DNA of 64,000 nucleotides, taken from contig CP011215.1 in assembly GCA_001029775.1 (NCBI GenBank), positions 274,685-338,684 of the forward strand, in the 5' to 3' direction. How positions within the stretch are numbered: the stretch's first letter is position 1; every line of letters begins with the position of its first letter. Source of the stretch: Candidatus Campbellbacteria bacterium GW2011_OD1_34_28 (GTDB lineage Bacteria > Patescibacteriota > Minisyncoccia > Phycocordibacterales > UBA12079). Both the position numbers and the translations under genes were made by a program. The notes below the pieces were generated by a model. That model did not search any database. It was given only the letters and a program-made list of their open reading frames with translations, and was not told the origin of the DNA. This document shows positions 48,034-58,686 of this stretch, piece after piece.

Positions 48034-49080
48034 ATGGATTCAAATTCAAATATCAATATAACAATTACTTCGGGAACAATCATCAGGTCTATTTTGTTCG
48101 TTTTGCTTGTTTGGTTATTATGGTTTTTGCAAGGCATCGTTTTGGTGATTTTGACAGCAGTTGTAATTGCATCTTCAATTGAACCTCTGGCAAGATGGCT
48201 CGTTAAATACAAGATTCCGAGAGTTTTGGCGGTTATTCTAATTTATGTTTCTTTTGCAGGAATTGTTGTTGGAACATTTTTTGCTTTTGTTCCTCTTTTG
48301 TTAGATGATGCAGCAGGGCTCATTTCTTCATTGCCAGCATATTTTGACTCGATAACTCTTTGGGGCCCTGTGGCCGATTTTAGTGCCGATTTTTCTTTGA
48401 AAAGTTTATTAACAGAATTTAGATCCAGTATTACTGGCGCAACAGGAAGTTTGTTTCAAACATTGAGCGTTATTTTCGGAGGTGCTTTAAACTTTGTCTT
48501 GATTATTGTGCTGTCTTTTTATTTGTCTGTTCAAGAGACTGGAATTCGAGATTTTCTAAAAGTAGTCACTCCTTTAAAACAAGAAAAATATGTTATTGAT
48601 CTTTGGAGACGAACACAGGAAAAAATAGGTCTCTGGATGCAGGGACAATTGTTGTTAGGGATAATTATTGGTATTTTAGTTTATTTGGGATTGACGATTC
48701 TTGGTGTTAAATATGCTTTCTTTTTAGCAATACTGGCTGCTGTCGCAGAATTGATTCCTTTGTTCGGTCCTGTGGTTGCTTCTTTGCCTGCTATTGTGAT
48801 TGGTTTTGCGGATGGTGGAGCTACTATGGGGTTATTTGTTATAGGTCTTTATATAATTATTCAACAATTTGAGAATCATTTAATTTATCCTTTAGTTGTT
48901 AAAAAGGTTGTCGGGGTGCCTCCGCTTTTGGTTATTTTGGCTTTGATTATTGGTGCAAAACTAGCTGGATTTTTGGGACTAATTTTATCAGTTCCGATTG
49001 CGGCCGCTCTTATGGAGTTTGTTCACGATATTGAAAATGATAGAAGAAGTCAGTTAAAAAATCCCCATCAAAATGATTAA
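48034..49080 (+). CDS. AI-2E family transporter
   Basis: WMQGQL, ELIPLFGP, QQFENHLIYP. Confidence 0.93.
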   Translation: MDSNSNINITITSGTIIRSILFVLLVWLLWFLQGIVLVILTAVVIASSIEPLARWLVKYKIPRVLAVILIYVSFAGIVVGTFFAFVPLLLDDAAGLISSLPAYFDSITLWGPVADFSADFSLKSLLTEFRSSITGATGSLFQTLSVIFGGALNFVLIIVLSFYLSVQETGIRDFLKVVTPLKQEKYVIDLWRRTQEKIGLWMQGQLLLGIIIGILVYLGLTILGVKYAFFLAILAAVAELIPLFGPVVASLPAIVIGFADGGATMGLFVIGLYIIIQQFENHLIYPLVVKKVVGVPPLLVILALIIGAKLAGFLGLILSVPIAAALMEFVHDIENDRRSQLKNPHQND

Positions 49081-49144
49081 GAATTGACTTGTCGTTCAAA
49101 AATCTCAATTCGGTATAATTTTTTAATTGGTTTTCAAAAATAAA

Positions 49145-50575
49145 ATGTTTAATAAAAAAATAGAAAAATTTTATGTGACAACAGCGATTGATTACGCTAA
49201 TGCGGGTCCTCATTTAGGACACGCCTTAGAAAAAATCCAAGCTGATGTTGTCGCTCGCTATCAAAGACTCTTGGATAAAGATGTTTATTTTTTAACGGGA
49301 ACCGATGAACATGGAATAAAGATTTTGCGAACAGCTGAAAGAGAACATAAAAATGTAACTGATTTCGTTAATGAAAACTCTGATAAGTTTAGAAAATTGC
49401 TAACATCCTTAAACATTTCCAATGATTATTTTGTTAGAACATCAGACAAAAAGGTGCACTGGCCAGGGGCACAATTTTTGTGGAAAAAAATTTTTGAAGC
49501 AGGTGATCTATACAAAGCAAATTATAAGGGCTTTTATTGTGTTGGTTGTGAAGCTTTCCTTACAGAAAAAGATTTGGTTGATAGGAAATGTCCGTACCAC
49601 GACAAAGAACCTGAATTGATTATGGAAGAAAATTATTTTTTTAAAATTTCAAAATATATAGATGAGATTAGAAAAAAAATAAAATCAGACGAATTAGAAA
49701 TTTATCCTAGATCAAGAAAAAATGAAATTTTGGCAATGATTGATAGGGGGGTAGAAGATATTAGTTTTTCTCGCCCAAAAGACAAACTGAGTTGGGGAAT
49801 AGATATACCGAACGATGATACTCAGGTGATGTATGTTTGGTGTGATGCGCTTTCAAATTATATTTCAGCACTTGGTTTTGGAACAGATGAGGATGAAGAT
49901 TATAAAAAGTTTTGGCCGGCAGATTTACATATTGTTGGGAAAGACATCTTGAGATTTCATGCAATTATTTGGCCTGCGATGCTTTTGTCTGCGGGACTGT
50001 CACTGCCTAAGAAGATTTTTGTTCACGGGTTTTTAAATTCTGGTGGAAAGAAGATGTCAAAATCTTTGGGTAATGTCATTACTCCAGAAGAAATAATAGA
50101 AGAATACGGGGCAGAAGCTCTTCGTTATTATTTGCTTCGCGAAGTAACTTCTTATGAAGACGGGGATATTACAAAAGAAAAATTTAAAACTGCTTATAAT
50201 GCAAATCTTGCGAACGGTTTAGGTAATCTCACAAGTAGGATAATGAAAATGGCGGAAAACAATTTGGATAAACCTGTAGATATAGAAAGGGAAGTCTCAC
50301 CTTCTGATTTTTTGGATAATTTAGAGTTCCATAAATTTATGGATTATGTTTGGGAACAAATATCTGAAACAGACCTTTACATTCAAGAGACAGAGCCGTT
50401 TAAACTTATAAAAATTAACCCCGCTCAGGCAAAAGATGTTATTCGTGATCTAGTTCAAAAATTAAATTCTATCGCTGTGTTGTTGGAACCTGTAATGCCG
50501 GAAAGTGCTCAAAAAATTCAAAACGCTATAAAAGAAAACAGGATGCCGTCCGAACCTTTATTTTTGAGAAAATAA
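49145..50575 (+). CDS. metG: Methionine--tRNA ligase (short form)
   Basis: FYVTTAIDYAN.GPHLGH, TGTDEHG, YVWCDAL, GKDILRFH, KMSKS. Confidence 0.97.
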   Translation: MFNKKIEKFYVTTAIDYANAGPHLGHALEKIQADVVARYQRLLDKDVYFLTGTDEHGIKILRTAEREHKNVTDFVNENSDKFRKLLTSLNISNDYFVRTSDKKVHWPGAQFLWKKIFEAGDLYKANYKGFYCVGCEAFLTEKDLVDRKCPYHDKEPELIMEENYFFKISKYIDEIRKKIKSDELEIYPRSRKNEILAMIDRGVEDISFSRPKDKLSWGIDIPNDDTQVMYVWCDALSNYISALGFGTDEDEDYKKFWPADLHIVGKDILRFHAIIWPAMLLSAGLSLPKKIFVHGFLNSGGKKMSKSLGNVITPEEIIEEYGAEALRYYLLREVTSYEDGDITKEKFKTAYNANLANGLGNLTSRIMKMAENNLDKPVDIEREVSPSDFLDNLEFHKFMDYVWEQISETDLYIQETEPFKLIKINPAQAKDVIRDLVQKLNSIAVLLEPVMPESAQKIQNAIKENRMPSEPLFLRK

Positions 50576-50666
50576 AGGTGTTAATAACCTGTTTATTCAT
50601 TTTTGAATAAGTGCTATTCTAAATATTAGGACACTCTTTATTAAGAAATCTACTTTTTATAAAAAA

Positions 50667-53600
50667 ATGAATAAAATTAATTACGGAATGATCCTTGTGA
50701 TTATTGTTGCTTTTCTCTTTGTAGTCACATCTGATTTTTCAAATAAAACAAATAAAAACGAACAACTTGCTCTCGCTGCACCCGTTTCTGGTGGAGAAAC
50801 TGTCTCTGTTATACGACCAAGTTGTAGTGGTTATGAGCCTGGCACTTGTTTTACATCTCTTGCTAGTTGGGAAAGTAACTTTGGAGGAATAGATTTTGGT
50901 ACTTGTACTAGTGGTGATTTGGTGTGTGCTAATACAAGCGCCGTAGCAAAGATAGAAGGAAGCTGGACCACTGCTGACAATGCCATAATAATTAGTGGCT
51001 GGACAACATCTTCCTCAAATTATATCAAGATCTATACAGCATCAGATGCAAGGCATAGCGGAGTTTGGAGCAATAGTAAATATAGGATTTCTTCTACTGC
51101 CTCATCTATTGATGTGAGAGAGAAGAATGTGATTATTGATGGTTTGCAGTTGGTTTTGACAGGTTCTAATGGTTGGAAAAATGGCGTACGCTATGAGCCT
51201 GAAGAGAGCCTTATTTCTGGAGGAACACACATTGTTTCAAATTGTATTATAAAATCTACAAACACATCTACTTCGGGAATTAGTGGTATTAATGCAAGCA
51301 ATTGGGATTCAGAAAGTTCGGTGAGTTTTTATAACAATATTGTTTATGGGTTTTCTAATTATGGTATTTATTTAAAATTGCTTAATTCTTCTAATGCTTT
51401 TATTTATAACAATACTGTTTATGGAATAAACGGCAACGGAATAGAGGTGGGTAATAATTTTGCTTTGTTAAAAAATAATATTGTTCAAAATTCTTTGAAA
51501 AGTTATGTGGGCACAGCAAAAACAGGCTCTTCAAACAATATTTCTTCCGACGCTACAGCTCCTGGTTCTAATTCAAAAATAAATCAGACAGTGTCTTTTG
51601 TTTCGACAAGTGCGGGAAGTGAAGACTTCCACCTTTCTTCTTCTGACACCTCAGCAAGAGACGCTGGCATAAGTTTGAGCGGAGATAGCGGACTGTCTTT
51701 TTCAACGGATATAGATGGATCAGCAAGAAGTGGTGCTTGGGATATTGGAGCCGATGAACAAAGCGGTTCTGCTCTTCCTCCAGAACCTCCAACTTCCGAC
51801 ACAACCCCTCCAACAGTCACCAGTCCATCACCAAGTGGAACATTATCATCTGGGACAACATCGGTGACACTTTCGGTAACAACAAACGAAACATCTGTTT
51901 GTAAATATTCCACAATCGCCAACACTGCATATACATCAATGACAAACACAATGTCAACGAGCGGAAATACACACACAAAAATAATAAGTAGCTTAACAAA
52001 TGGAACAACTTACAATTATTACGTAAAGTGTAGAGACACAGCAGGGAACACGACAGCTTCTGATACTACAATTAGTTTTGGTGTGGCGAGTGTTGTTACA
52101 CCACCCTCAAGCTCATCTTTTAAACCAGTGGCAAGATTTGATGTCGTTCCATATCAAAGAATCGAATATGGCAATTCATTTAAAATAGGAGTAGTGGCTT
52201 TTTCCAAGCCGGGAATTCAAAGAGTTGAATTTAGTGCCACCGGTCAGGGCTATTCCGGTGGAACAAAAACTGTCACTTCAATGTCTCTCAATAGTACTAG
52301 CGGAGTATGGGAATATTGGACGACATTTTCTGCCAGTGAATTTACAGGCAATGGGGCTATCACTATTACCGCCTTGGTTAGAGATAATCAAGGGAATACT
52401 CGAAATCTTACCCTTCCGATGTTTGCATATGGTGCAAGTGCTTTTACGCCTGTTAAGATTTGGATAGACAACACTGTGGGAAATGATAGCACTTGTGCAA
52501 TTAATAAAGAGACGACTCCATGTAAAACTCTTTCTTCGGCAGTAACAAAAGTTAAGACCGCAAACGGCGGAGTGTGTGATGGAGCTGTTTTCTATTATCA
52601 AGAAGGAACTTATTCCAACTCAGCTTCTGTCACCGTCACAACTTCAGCTCAGTGGGCGACTATAACAAAAGATCCAGATGCCGATAAAAACAAAGTGATC
52701 CTTAACGGAGCTCCAAGTAGCGGAAGAATTTATGGTGGTTATGTTAAGTTCGATTCTGTTACGATGAAAAGTTTAGGAGCTTCTTCATATGTAGCTGATC
52801 CGGATCGTATTTGGACTAACAATTCTAGAAAGATTGGATCTGGTCGTTGGAATTCCAATTCAAATCCTATACAAATCAGTGATCCAGATAACCATTGGAG
52901 CACAAATGATTATACCTATGATGTAGATTTCGCTTATCAACGTGCCGCACTCGTAAGGGGGGCAACCATTGAAAAAGTGGGAAATGATACTTTTCAGAAT
53001 ACTCGAATGGTAGTTAACAGCACTATGAATGATTCTGATCACGGTACTAACTATGCTACACACAATGATGGTTATCAGGTATTTAATACAAATGAAGCGT
53101 CACCACCAGCAGACAATAGAATCATCTATAATTACAAAGCAACCAATATGCATTATCAGGGTATTTTCATGCGGTCCGATTTGGGGACTGCTACCAATAA
53201 TGCTTTTGTTAATGTTGTAATGGAAATGCGTGATCCAGCAAATCTAAATGAAGCTAACAACTATCCTCACTCTGCATTCGCGGCATATCATAATTGGGAC
53301 CACCTGATAATTTGGAACAGCTCATTCTTGTGGGGAAATTCTAGCATTTATACTTCTGGGCTTACAAATTCGTCTATTGTTGGAAATGTTTTCTTTTCTC
53401 TTGAAAATACAGAAACATCAGCTGGAAATCCAGTTGTTCCATCGATGGCACCTGGAAACGCTGGCAACAATGAAGTAATTCACAATCACTTTGAGTGGGT
53501 GTACGGAGTATCTCCATCTTGTTCTTATCTTGGAAGGTCTTCCGACACTCTTTATAATCCTGATAAAATTTGCCCAAGGTATTATGCAAAACGTCCTGAT

Positions 53601-54932
53601 TCTGATGCGGGGGTATCTTCTACCGTAGGCGGAGGCACAATTAACCTAGACAATCAATCCGCGTCCTTTCTTCGTCCGGTCGGCAGTATTTTGATTGGCA
53701 GATTCACATCTCGCGTTCCAGTCGATGTTAATAATGTAATCAGAGGTGCCTTGTCTGATGTGGGGGCTGTTGAACAAAGCGGTTCTTCTCTTCCTCCAGA
53801 GCCTCCAGCTTCCGACACAATCCCTCCAACAGTCACCAGTCCATCACCAAGTGGAACATTATCATCTGGAACAACATCGGTAACACTTTCAGTAACAACA
53901 AACGAAACATCTGTTTGTAAATATTCCACAACCGCCAACACTGCATATACATCAATGACAAACACAATGTCAGCGAGCGGAAATACACACACAAAAACAA
54001 TAAGTAGCTTAACAAACGGGACAACTTACAATTATTACGTAAAGTGTAGAGACACAGCAGGGAACACGACAGCTTCTGATACTACAATTAATTTCAATGT
54101 AGGAACTTCGAGCTCGCTTCCTGATACACAAGCTCCGACTGGTGGAACTATTTTAATTAACAATGGTTCTGACACAACCAATTCAGTAGATGTTATTTTG
54201 ACACTAAGTGCGAATGACAATGTTGGAGTAACTCAGATGAGATTTTCAAATAACAATTTGATATATTCAGAATGGGAGAATTACAGCACAACTAAAAATT
54301 GGATTTTGCCTTCTGGAGACGGAACAAAAACTATTTATGTTAAATACAGAGATTCCGCAGGAAACACTTCCTCTTCTGCGAGCGATTCAATTACTTACAC
54401 AACTTCTACTACACCACCTGTTAGTGGAGGAGGAGGTGGAAGCGGCGGAGGTGGAGGTAGTACCGGTGGAAGTAGCGGCGGAGGTGGAAGTATCAGTTAT
54501 CCCGGTCAAACAAATCCTACAAATGTTCCTGCTCCTACAAATATAATTACAGTTTTCACTCAAAATCTTTCTTTTGGATCAGAGAATGATATGGTAAGAA
54601 AATTGCAAGAATTTTTGGCAAGAGACAGAACAATCTATCCTGAAGGAATTATCAGTGGTTTTTATGGAAACATGACGCTTAAAGCGATACAAAGATTCCA
54701 ATCAAAATACAATATCGTTACTTCGGGAACTCCAGAAACTACTGGTTATGGAAGTGTTGGACCAAAGACAAGAATAAAATTGAATGAAATATATGGTGGT
54801 TCTCCAATAACAGCCGCATCAAATATTGCCAGATTAACCTTTGAACAAATTAATGCCATTGTTAACTTGCTAATTTCTTTCGGAGCAGACAATGCTGTTG
54901 TGGAAAATGTAAGAAACATTTTGAATCGGTGA
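50667..54932 (+). CDS. Large surface protein: two beta-helix regions, duplicated Ig-like module, Gly linker, peptidoglycan-binding domain
   Basis: WDIGADE/DVGAVE ends, DTTPP modules, GGGGGS linker, LQEFL...GFYG..T..AIQRFQ. Confidence 0.85.
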   Translation: MNKINYGMILVIIVAFLFVVTSDFSNKTNKNEQLALAAPVSGGETVSVIRPSCSGYEPGTCFTSLASWESNFGGIDFGTCTSGDLVCANTSAVAKIEGSWTTADNAIIISGWTTSSSNYIKIYTASDARHSGVWSNSKYRISSTASSIDVREKNVIIDGLQLVLTGSNGWKNGVRYEPEESLISGGTHIVSNCIIKSTNTSTSGISGINASNWDSESSVSFYNNIVYGFSNYGIYLKLLNSSNAFIYNNTVYGINGNGIEVGNNFALLKNNIVQNSLKSYVGTAKTGSSNNISSDATAPGSNSKINQTVSFVSTSAGSEDFHLSSSDTSARDAGISLSGDSGLSFSTDIDGSARSGAWDIGADEQSGSALPPEPPTSDTTPPTVTSPSPSGTLSSGTTSVTLSVTTNETSVCKYSTIANTAYTSMTNTMSTSGNTHTKIISSLTNGTTYNYYVKCRDTAGNTTASDTTISFGVASVVTPPSSSSFKPVARFDVVPYQRIEYGNSFKIGVVAFSKPGIQRVEFSATGQGYSGGTKTVTSMSLNSTSGVWEYWTTFSASEFTGNGAITITALVRDNQGNTRNLTLPMFAYGASAFTPVKIWIDNTVGNDSTCAINKETTPCKTLSSAVTKVKTANGGVCDGAVFYYQEGTYSNSASVTVTTSAQWATITKDPDADKNKVILNGAPSSGRIYGGYVKFDSVTMKSLGASSYVADPDRIWTNNSRKIGSGRWNSNSNPIQISDPDNHWSTNDYTYDVDFAYQRAALVRGATIEKVGNDTFQNTRMVVNSTMNDSDHGTNYATHNDGYQVFNTNEASPPADNRIIYNYKATNMHYQGIFMRSDLGTATNNAFVNVVMEMRDPANLNEANNYPHSAFAAYHNWDHLIIWNSSFLWGNSSIYTSGLTNSSIVGNVFFSLENTETSAGNPVVPSMAPGNAGNNEVIHNHFEWVYGVSPSCSYLGRSSDTLYNPDKICPRYYAKRPDSDAGVSSTVGGGTINLDNQSASFLRPVGSILIGRFTSRVPVDVNNVIRGALSDVGAVEQSGSSLPPEPPASDTIPPTVTSPSPSGTLSSGTTSVTLSVTTNETSVCKYSTTANTAYTSMTNTMSASGNTHTKTISSLTNGTTYNYYVKCRDTAGNTTASDTTINFNVGTSSSLPDTQAPTGGTILINNGSDTTNSVDVILTLSANDNVGVTQMRFSNNNLIYSEWENYSTTKNWILPSGDGTKTIYVKYRDSAGNTSSSASDSITYTTSTTPPVSGGGGGSGGGGGSTGGSSGGGGSISYPGQTNPTNVPAPTNIITVFTQNLSFGSENDMVRKLQEFLARDRTIYPEGIISGFYGNMTLKAIQRFQSKYNIVTSGTPETTGYGSVGPKTRIKLNEIYGGSPITAASNIARLTFEQINAIVNLLISFGADNAVVENVRNILNR
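51755..54090 (+). repeat. Intragenic 320-bp direct repeat (51755-52074 and 53771-54090)
   Basis: About 12 substitutions counted by eye. Confidence 0.92.
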
Positions 54933-54955
54933 TAGGGGGTGCTATTATTGTTTTT

Positions 54956-55747
54956 ATGTATCCAAAATATTTTGATATTCATTCACATTTAGATTTTCCA
55001 AAGTTTGATGATGATAGAGAAGAAGTAATTTCTCGTATGCGAGAGAATGAAGTTTTTACTATTTCTGTTGGAACCGATTTAGAAAATTCTAAAAAAGTGG
55101 TTGAGATTGCTGAAAAAAATGAAAATGTTTTTGCTATTATTGGTTTACACCCAAACGATAATCATTTGGAAGGTTTTGAAGAAGAAGATTACACCGAATT
55201 GGCAAAGAGCAAAAAAGTGGTCGGAGTAGGAGAATGTGGTTTGGATTTTTTTCGTTTAAATAATGAAAACAGAGATGTGGAAAAGATAAGACAAATAAGT
55301 ATTTTTAATAAACAAATTGATTTTGCCGTTAAGCATGATTTGCCGTTGATGATACATATAAGAGAAGCGCACGAAGAAACGCTAAAAATTTTGCAAGAAA
55401 AAAAGAAACATTATGGAGATAGATTGAGAGGGAATATTCATTTTTTTTCGGGCGGTGTTGATTTGGCAAAAAAATATATTGATCTGGGGTTTACAATCTC
55501 TTTTACGGGAGTAGTCACTTTTACTAGTGATTATGACGAGGTGATTAGACAAATGCCTTTGGATAAAATCATGTCCGAGACAGACGCTCCTTTTGTTGCG
55601 CCAGTACCATTTAGGGGGCAGAGATGCGAACCTGCTTATGTAAAAGAGGTGGTAAAGCGGATCGCCGAGATAAAAAATCTCGATTTTGAGGAGGTAAGAA
55701 CAAAAATGGTTGAAAATGCCCTGAGAGAGTTTAAAATAACCCTTTAA
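54956..55747 (+). CDS. tatD: TatD family hydrolase
   Basis: DIHSHL, GLHP, GECGLD, IHIREA, ETDAP. Confidence 0.96.
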   Translation: MYPKYFDIHSHLDFPKFDDDREEVISRMRENEVFTISVGTDLENSKKVVEIAEKNENVFAIIGLHPNDNHLEGFEEEDYTELAKSKKVVGVGECGLDFFRLNNENRDVEKIRQISIFNKQIDFAVKHDLPLMIHIREAHEETLKILQEKKKHYGDRLRGNIHFFSGGVDLAKKYIDLGFTISFTGVVTFTSDYDEVIRQMPLDKIMSETDAPFVAPVPFRGQRCEPAYVKEVVKRIAEIKNLDFEEVRTKMVENALREFKITL

Positions 55748-55785
55748 TATTGCATTAGAGTGAGACATGTGTTAATCTAGTAGCC

Positions 55786-56271
55786 ATGACAAACGCAGAT
55801 AAACTATCAAAAAATGAAGGAAACAAGGTCTACGAGATAGGCTTTCTTTTGTTGCCTAACATAGAAGAGACAAAAGTTTCTGGAGAAGTTGTAAAAATTA
55901 AAGACATTATTGAGAAAAAAGGTGGATCTTTTATTTCAGAAGGAACAACCGAAATGAGAAATTTGGCTTATCAAATGTCAAAATCATTGAATGGAAAGAA
56001 ACAAAAGTTTAACAATGCTTATTCTGGTTGGGTAAAGTTTGAAGCAAACGCCAGCGTGATAAACGATGTAAAGAAAGAAATTGACGGATTGGAAAAAGTT
56101 TTGAGATATTTGATCATTATTACAACAAGAGAAAATGTTGCAATCCCTCCTATAAAAACAGGAAAATTCTCTTTTAACGAAGAAGAAAAGACAGTTGTTG
56201 AGCCTGTAGTAGAAGAAAAACCGGTTTCTGAGGAACTTGATGAAACAATTGACGAATTGGTAATAGAATAG
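55786..56271 (+). CDS. rpsF: 30S ribosomal protein S6
   Basis: YEIGFLL, LAY, VLRYLI; precedes ssb-rpsR. Confidence 0.9.
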   Translation: MTNADKLSKNEGNKVYEIGFLLLPNIEETKVSGEVVKIKDIIEKKGGSFISEGTTEMRNLAYQMSKSLNGKKQKFNNAYSGWVKFEANASVINDVKKEIDGLEKVLRYLIIITTRENVAIPPIKTGKFSFNEEEKTVVEPVVEEKPVSEELDETIDELVIE

Positions 56272-56332
56272 AATTTACAAAATAAGTTTTTTACTATAGA
56301 CTAAAAACTATAAACTAAAAACTATAAAAATT

Positions 56333-56779
56333 ATGTATTTAAACAAAGTCATCATAATTGGAAATTTAACAAGAGACCCTGAATTGAAGTCTCTTCCATC
56401 TGGAATACAGGTAGCCAATATTGGAGTTGCTACAAACAGAGTTTGGAAAGACAAAGATGGAAACAAGCAAGAAAATACAGAATTTCACAATGTGGTGATC
56501 TTTGGAAGACAGGCAGAAACAACATCGCAATATTTGAAAAAAGGAAGCAGTGTCTTGATTGAAGGAAGATTGCAGACGAGAAGTTGGGAAGATAAAGAGA
56601 CAGGAAAAAAATTGTATAGAACCGAGGTAATCGCCGAAGCCGTACAATTTGGACCAAGAAAAGATGGATCAGTAGGGGGAGGAAATACACAACAAACCCA
56701 ACAACAAGCACCAGCTAAAGAGATAGAAACGATTGAATATCCAGAGGAAGAAATTAACCCCGAAGATATTCCATTCTAA
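56333..56779 (+). CDS. ssb: Single-stranded DNA-binding protein
   Basis: NKVIIIGNLTRDPE, GRLQTRSW, C-terminal DIPF. Confidence 0.98.
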   Translation: MYLNKVIIIGNLTRDPELKSLPSGIQVANIGVATNRVWKDKDGNKQENTEFHNVVIFGRQAETTSQYLKKGSSVLIEGRLQTRSWEDKETGKKLYRTEVIAEAVQFGPRKDGSVGGGNTQQTQQQAPAKEIETIEYPEEEINPEDIPF

Positions 56780-56912
56780 TTTTCTTTAGAAAATTAGAAC
56801 AAGTAGAAAGTTCGTAAAGTTCATAAAGTTACAAGTATTGAATTTTATGATTTATCAGTTATGATGAAACTTTATAAACTTTTAACTTTATAAACTTTTA
56901 AACTTAATTTTT

Positions 56913-57113
56913 ATGAAACAATGTCATTTTTCAAAAAATAATATAAATTATATAGACTACAAAGAAGTAGATTCTTTGAGAAAGTTTATTAACCCTCACG
57001 GAAGAATGGTTGCAAGAAAGAGATCAGGTCTTTGTGCAAAACATCAAAAGCAACTAACAGAGGCAATCAAGAGAGCAAGATTTATGGGGTTTTTGCCTTT
57101 CGTAATAAGATAA
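56913..57113 (+). CDS. rpsR: 30S ribosomal protein S18
   Basis: IDYK, QKQLTEAIKRAR...LPF. Confidence 0.97.
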   Translation: MKQCHFSKNNINYIDYKEVDSLRKFINPHGRMVARKRSGLCAKHQKQLTEAIKRARFMGFLPFVIR

Positions 57114-57232
57114 TTTAATTTAAAAAACCGAGCACTTGCTCGGTTTTTTAAATTTGCTTAATCATACCAGTTTTGATATAACTAATTCAGAAAATTGAAC
57201 TTGAAAAAGCCAAATAAATAAAGAGGTATTCA

Positions 57233-57526
57233 ATGACAAATGAGAACAAAAGCCTTTGCTGGGTTGATGGGGATGCTTGTCCTTATCATAGTGGCTTGTC
57301 TTGTTTAAAAAATTCTCCGATAAATTCTTGTTCGCACTGTGTCAGATACGAACAAAATAAGGAACTAATTATTGACCTAATAGGAGATAGCATTGATTCC
57401 GTATTTGTAAGCGATGAGGACATTGGTGTAATATGCTCTCTTCTTAGGATTTTGAGAAAGCACGAGGAATATTTGTCACAAGACAGCGCTGAATCTCTTA
57501 AAAGAATCTTAAAACATTACGAATGA
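57233..57526 (+). CDS. Cys-rich hypothetical protein (CWVD motif)
   Basis: AAGAGG SD. Confidence 0.65.
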   Translation: MTNENKSLCWVDGDACPYHSGLSCLKNSPINSCSHCVRYEQNKELIIDLIGDSIDSVFVSDEDIGVICSLLRILRKHEEYLSQDSAESLKRILKHYE

Positions 57527-57533
57527 GGTGTAT

Positions 57534-58115
57534 ATGAATAATACTTGCTGGGTTGATAATAAGGTTTGTCACGAGTCGGACAGAATGATCCTTGGGGTTT
57601 TGAACTCTGGGGTCTGTAAAGATTGCTCAAGGATTATCGGACGAAAAGGCGAGATAGAAGATTTCTTTTTTGAGGTTATTGGCGAGAAAAAAGACGATTG
57701 GGTGGACGAGGAAAGTATTTTGAGTAGTTTGGCACAGGCTAATGTTTTAGAAAATGCTTGTTTCATTTATAATTTACTGGAAGACCTTCAGAAACTTCTT
57801 AAAAAACATTTGGAGAATTTTGTCGAGAAAGTTAAGTCGTCTAACAATCTTCTTGAAATCAGAACCGTTGTTGAAGTAAATAGGGAACTGATTTTGGTTT
57901 CCAGTAGTCAGGACACATGGGAGGAGATTCTTCAGATACTGGATTCAGAAGATAGTGACCTAAAAATCTACAAGGATTTATTGGTAAGGTTGGATGAACT
58001 ATTCTATAGCAATCATTTTGAAAATTCATCGACTTTCGCAGAATTAATATCCCTTTTCCGAGAAATTGACCAGTCACAACTGATACGTAAAACAAAGACC
58101 CGTGTCTTTTTTTAA
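57534..58115 (+). CDS. Hypothetical protein (CWVD motif)
   Basis: GAGGTG SD overlapping the upstream stop. Confidence 0.65.
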   Translation: MNNTCWVDNKVCHESDRMILGVLNSGVCKDCSRIIGRKGEIEDFFFEVIGEKKDDWVDEESILSSLAQANVLENACFIYNLLEDLQKLLKKHLENFVEKVKSSNNLLEIRTVVEVNRELILVSSSQDTWEEILQILDSEDSDLKIYKDLLVRLDELFYSNHFENSSTFAELISLFREIDQSQLIRKTKTRVFF

Positions 58116-58290
58116 CATCAAAAACCCGAGCACTCGCTCGGGTTTTTATAATTCAAAAATAACCAAACTATACTAAAACACTGACGGCCGTCAGAATTTT
58201 AGTATAGTTTATTTGCTTTTATTTTTGATATATTGTAACTTTATAGGTAGATATTTTTTCTTAATCATCTTTAGAATAGGAGAACCTGAA

Positions 58291-58686
58291 ATGTCAGAAT
58301 CGAAATATTCGGCGGAATGGCCGGAGAGATGGCGTCAATCAAAAGAGAAGTGGGAAGGGGTTGTTAGACGAGTTAAAAATAAGCAACGTTTTGATGTTGA
58401 TTCCATTGGATGGTATGATCTTCTTGTTGTTGCAGAATGTGGTTATTGTGAGGAATTTGTTGATAATCCCGAATCCCATGTTTCTCCTTGCCGACATTGC
58501 TCTCTTTTTAATGATAATTATTGTTCTTGCTATCAATATTCTAATGTTTTCTGGGATTTTGTCGGAAAAATGCGAAGAAAAGATTTTTGTGATGCGCAGG
58601 AGCTCGCCCAAAAAATGCTTGATCGGATTATGCAGGATGATCCGGAGAAAGCGATTGCTGATGTGGGCAAGAAAATCGAGGCGTGA
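58291..58686 (+). CDS. Cys-rich hypothetical protein
   Basis: AGGAG SD; CGYC...CRHC...CSC. Confidence 0.65.
   Translation: MSESKYSAEWPERWRQSKEKWEGVVRRVKNKQRFDVDSIGWYDLLVVAECGYCEEFVDNPESHVSPCRHCSLFNDNYCSCYQYSNVFWDFVGKMRRKDFCDAQELAQKMLDRIMQDDPEKAIADVGKKIEA

Noticed and set aside
51755..54090. Possible DGR template/variable repeat pair
   Set aside because: Differences are mostly transitions in both directions, not adenine-specific; both copies are in frame; no reverse transcriptase in the window
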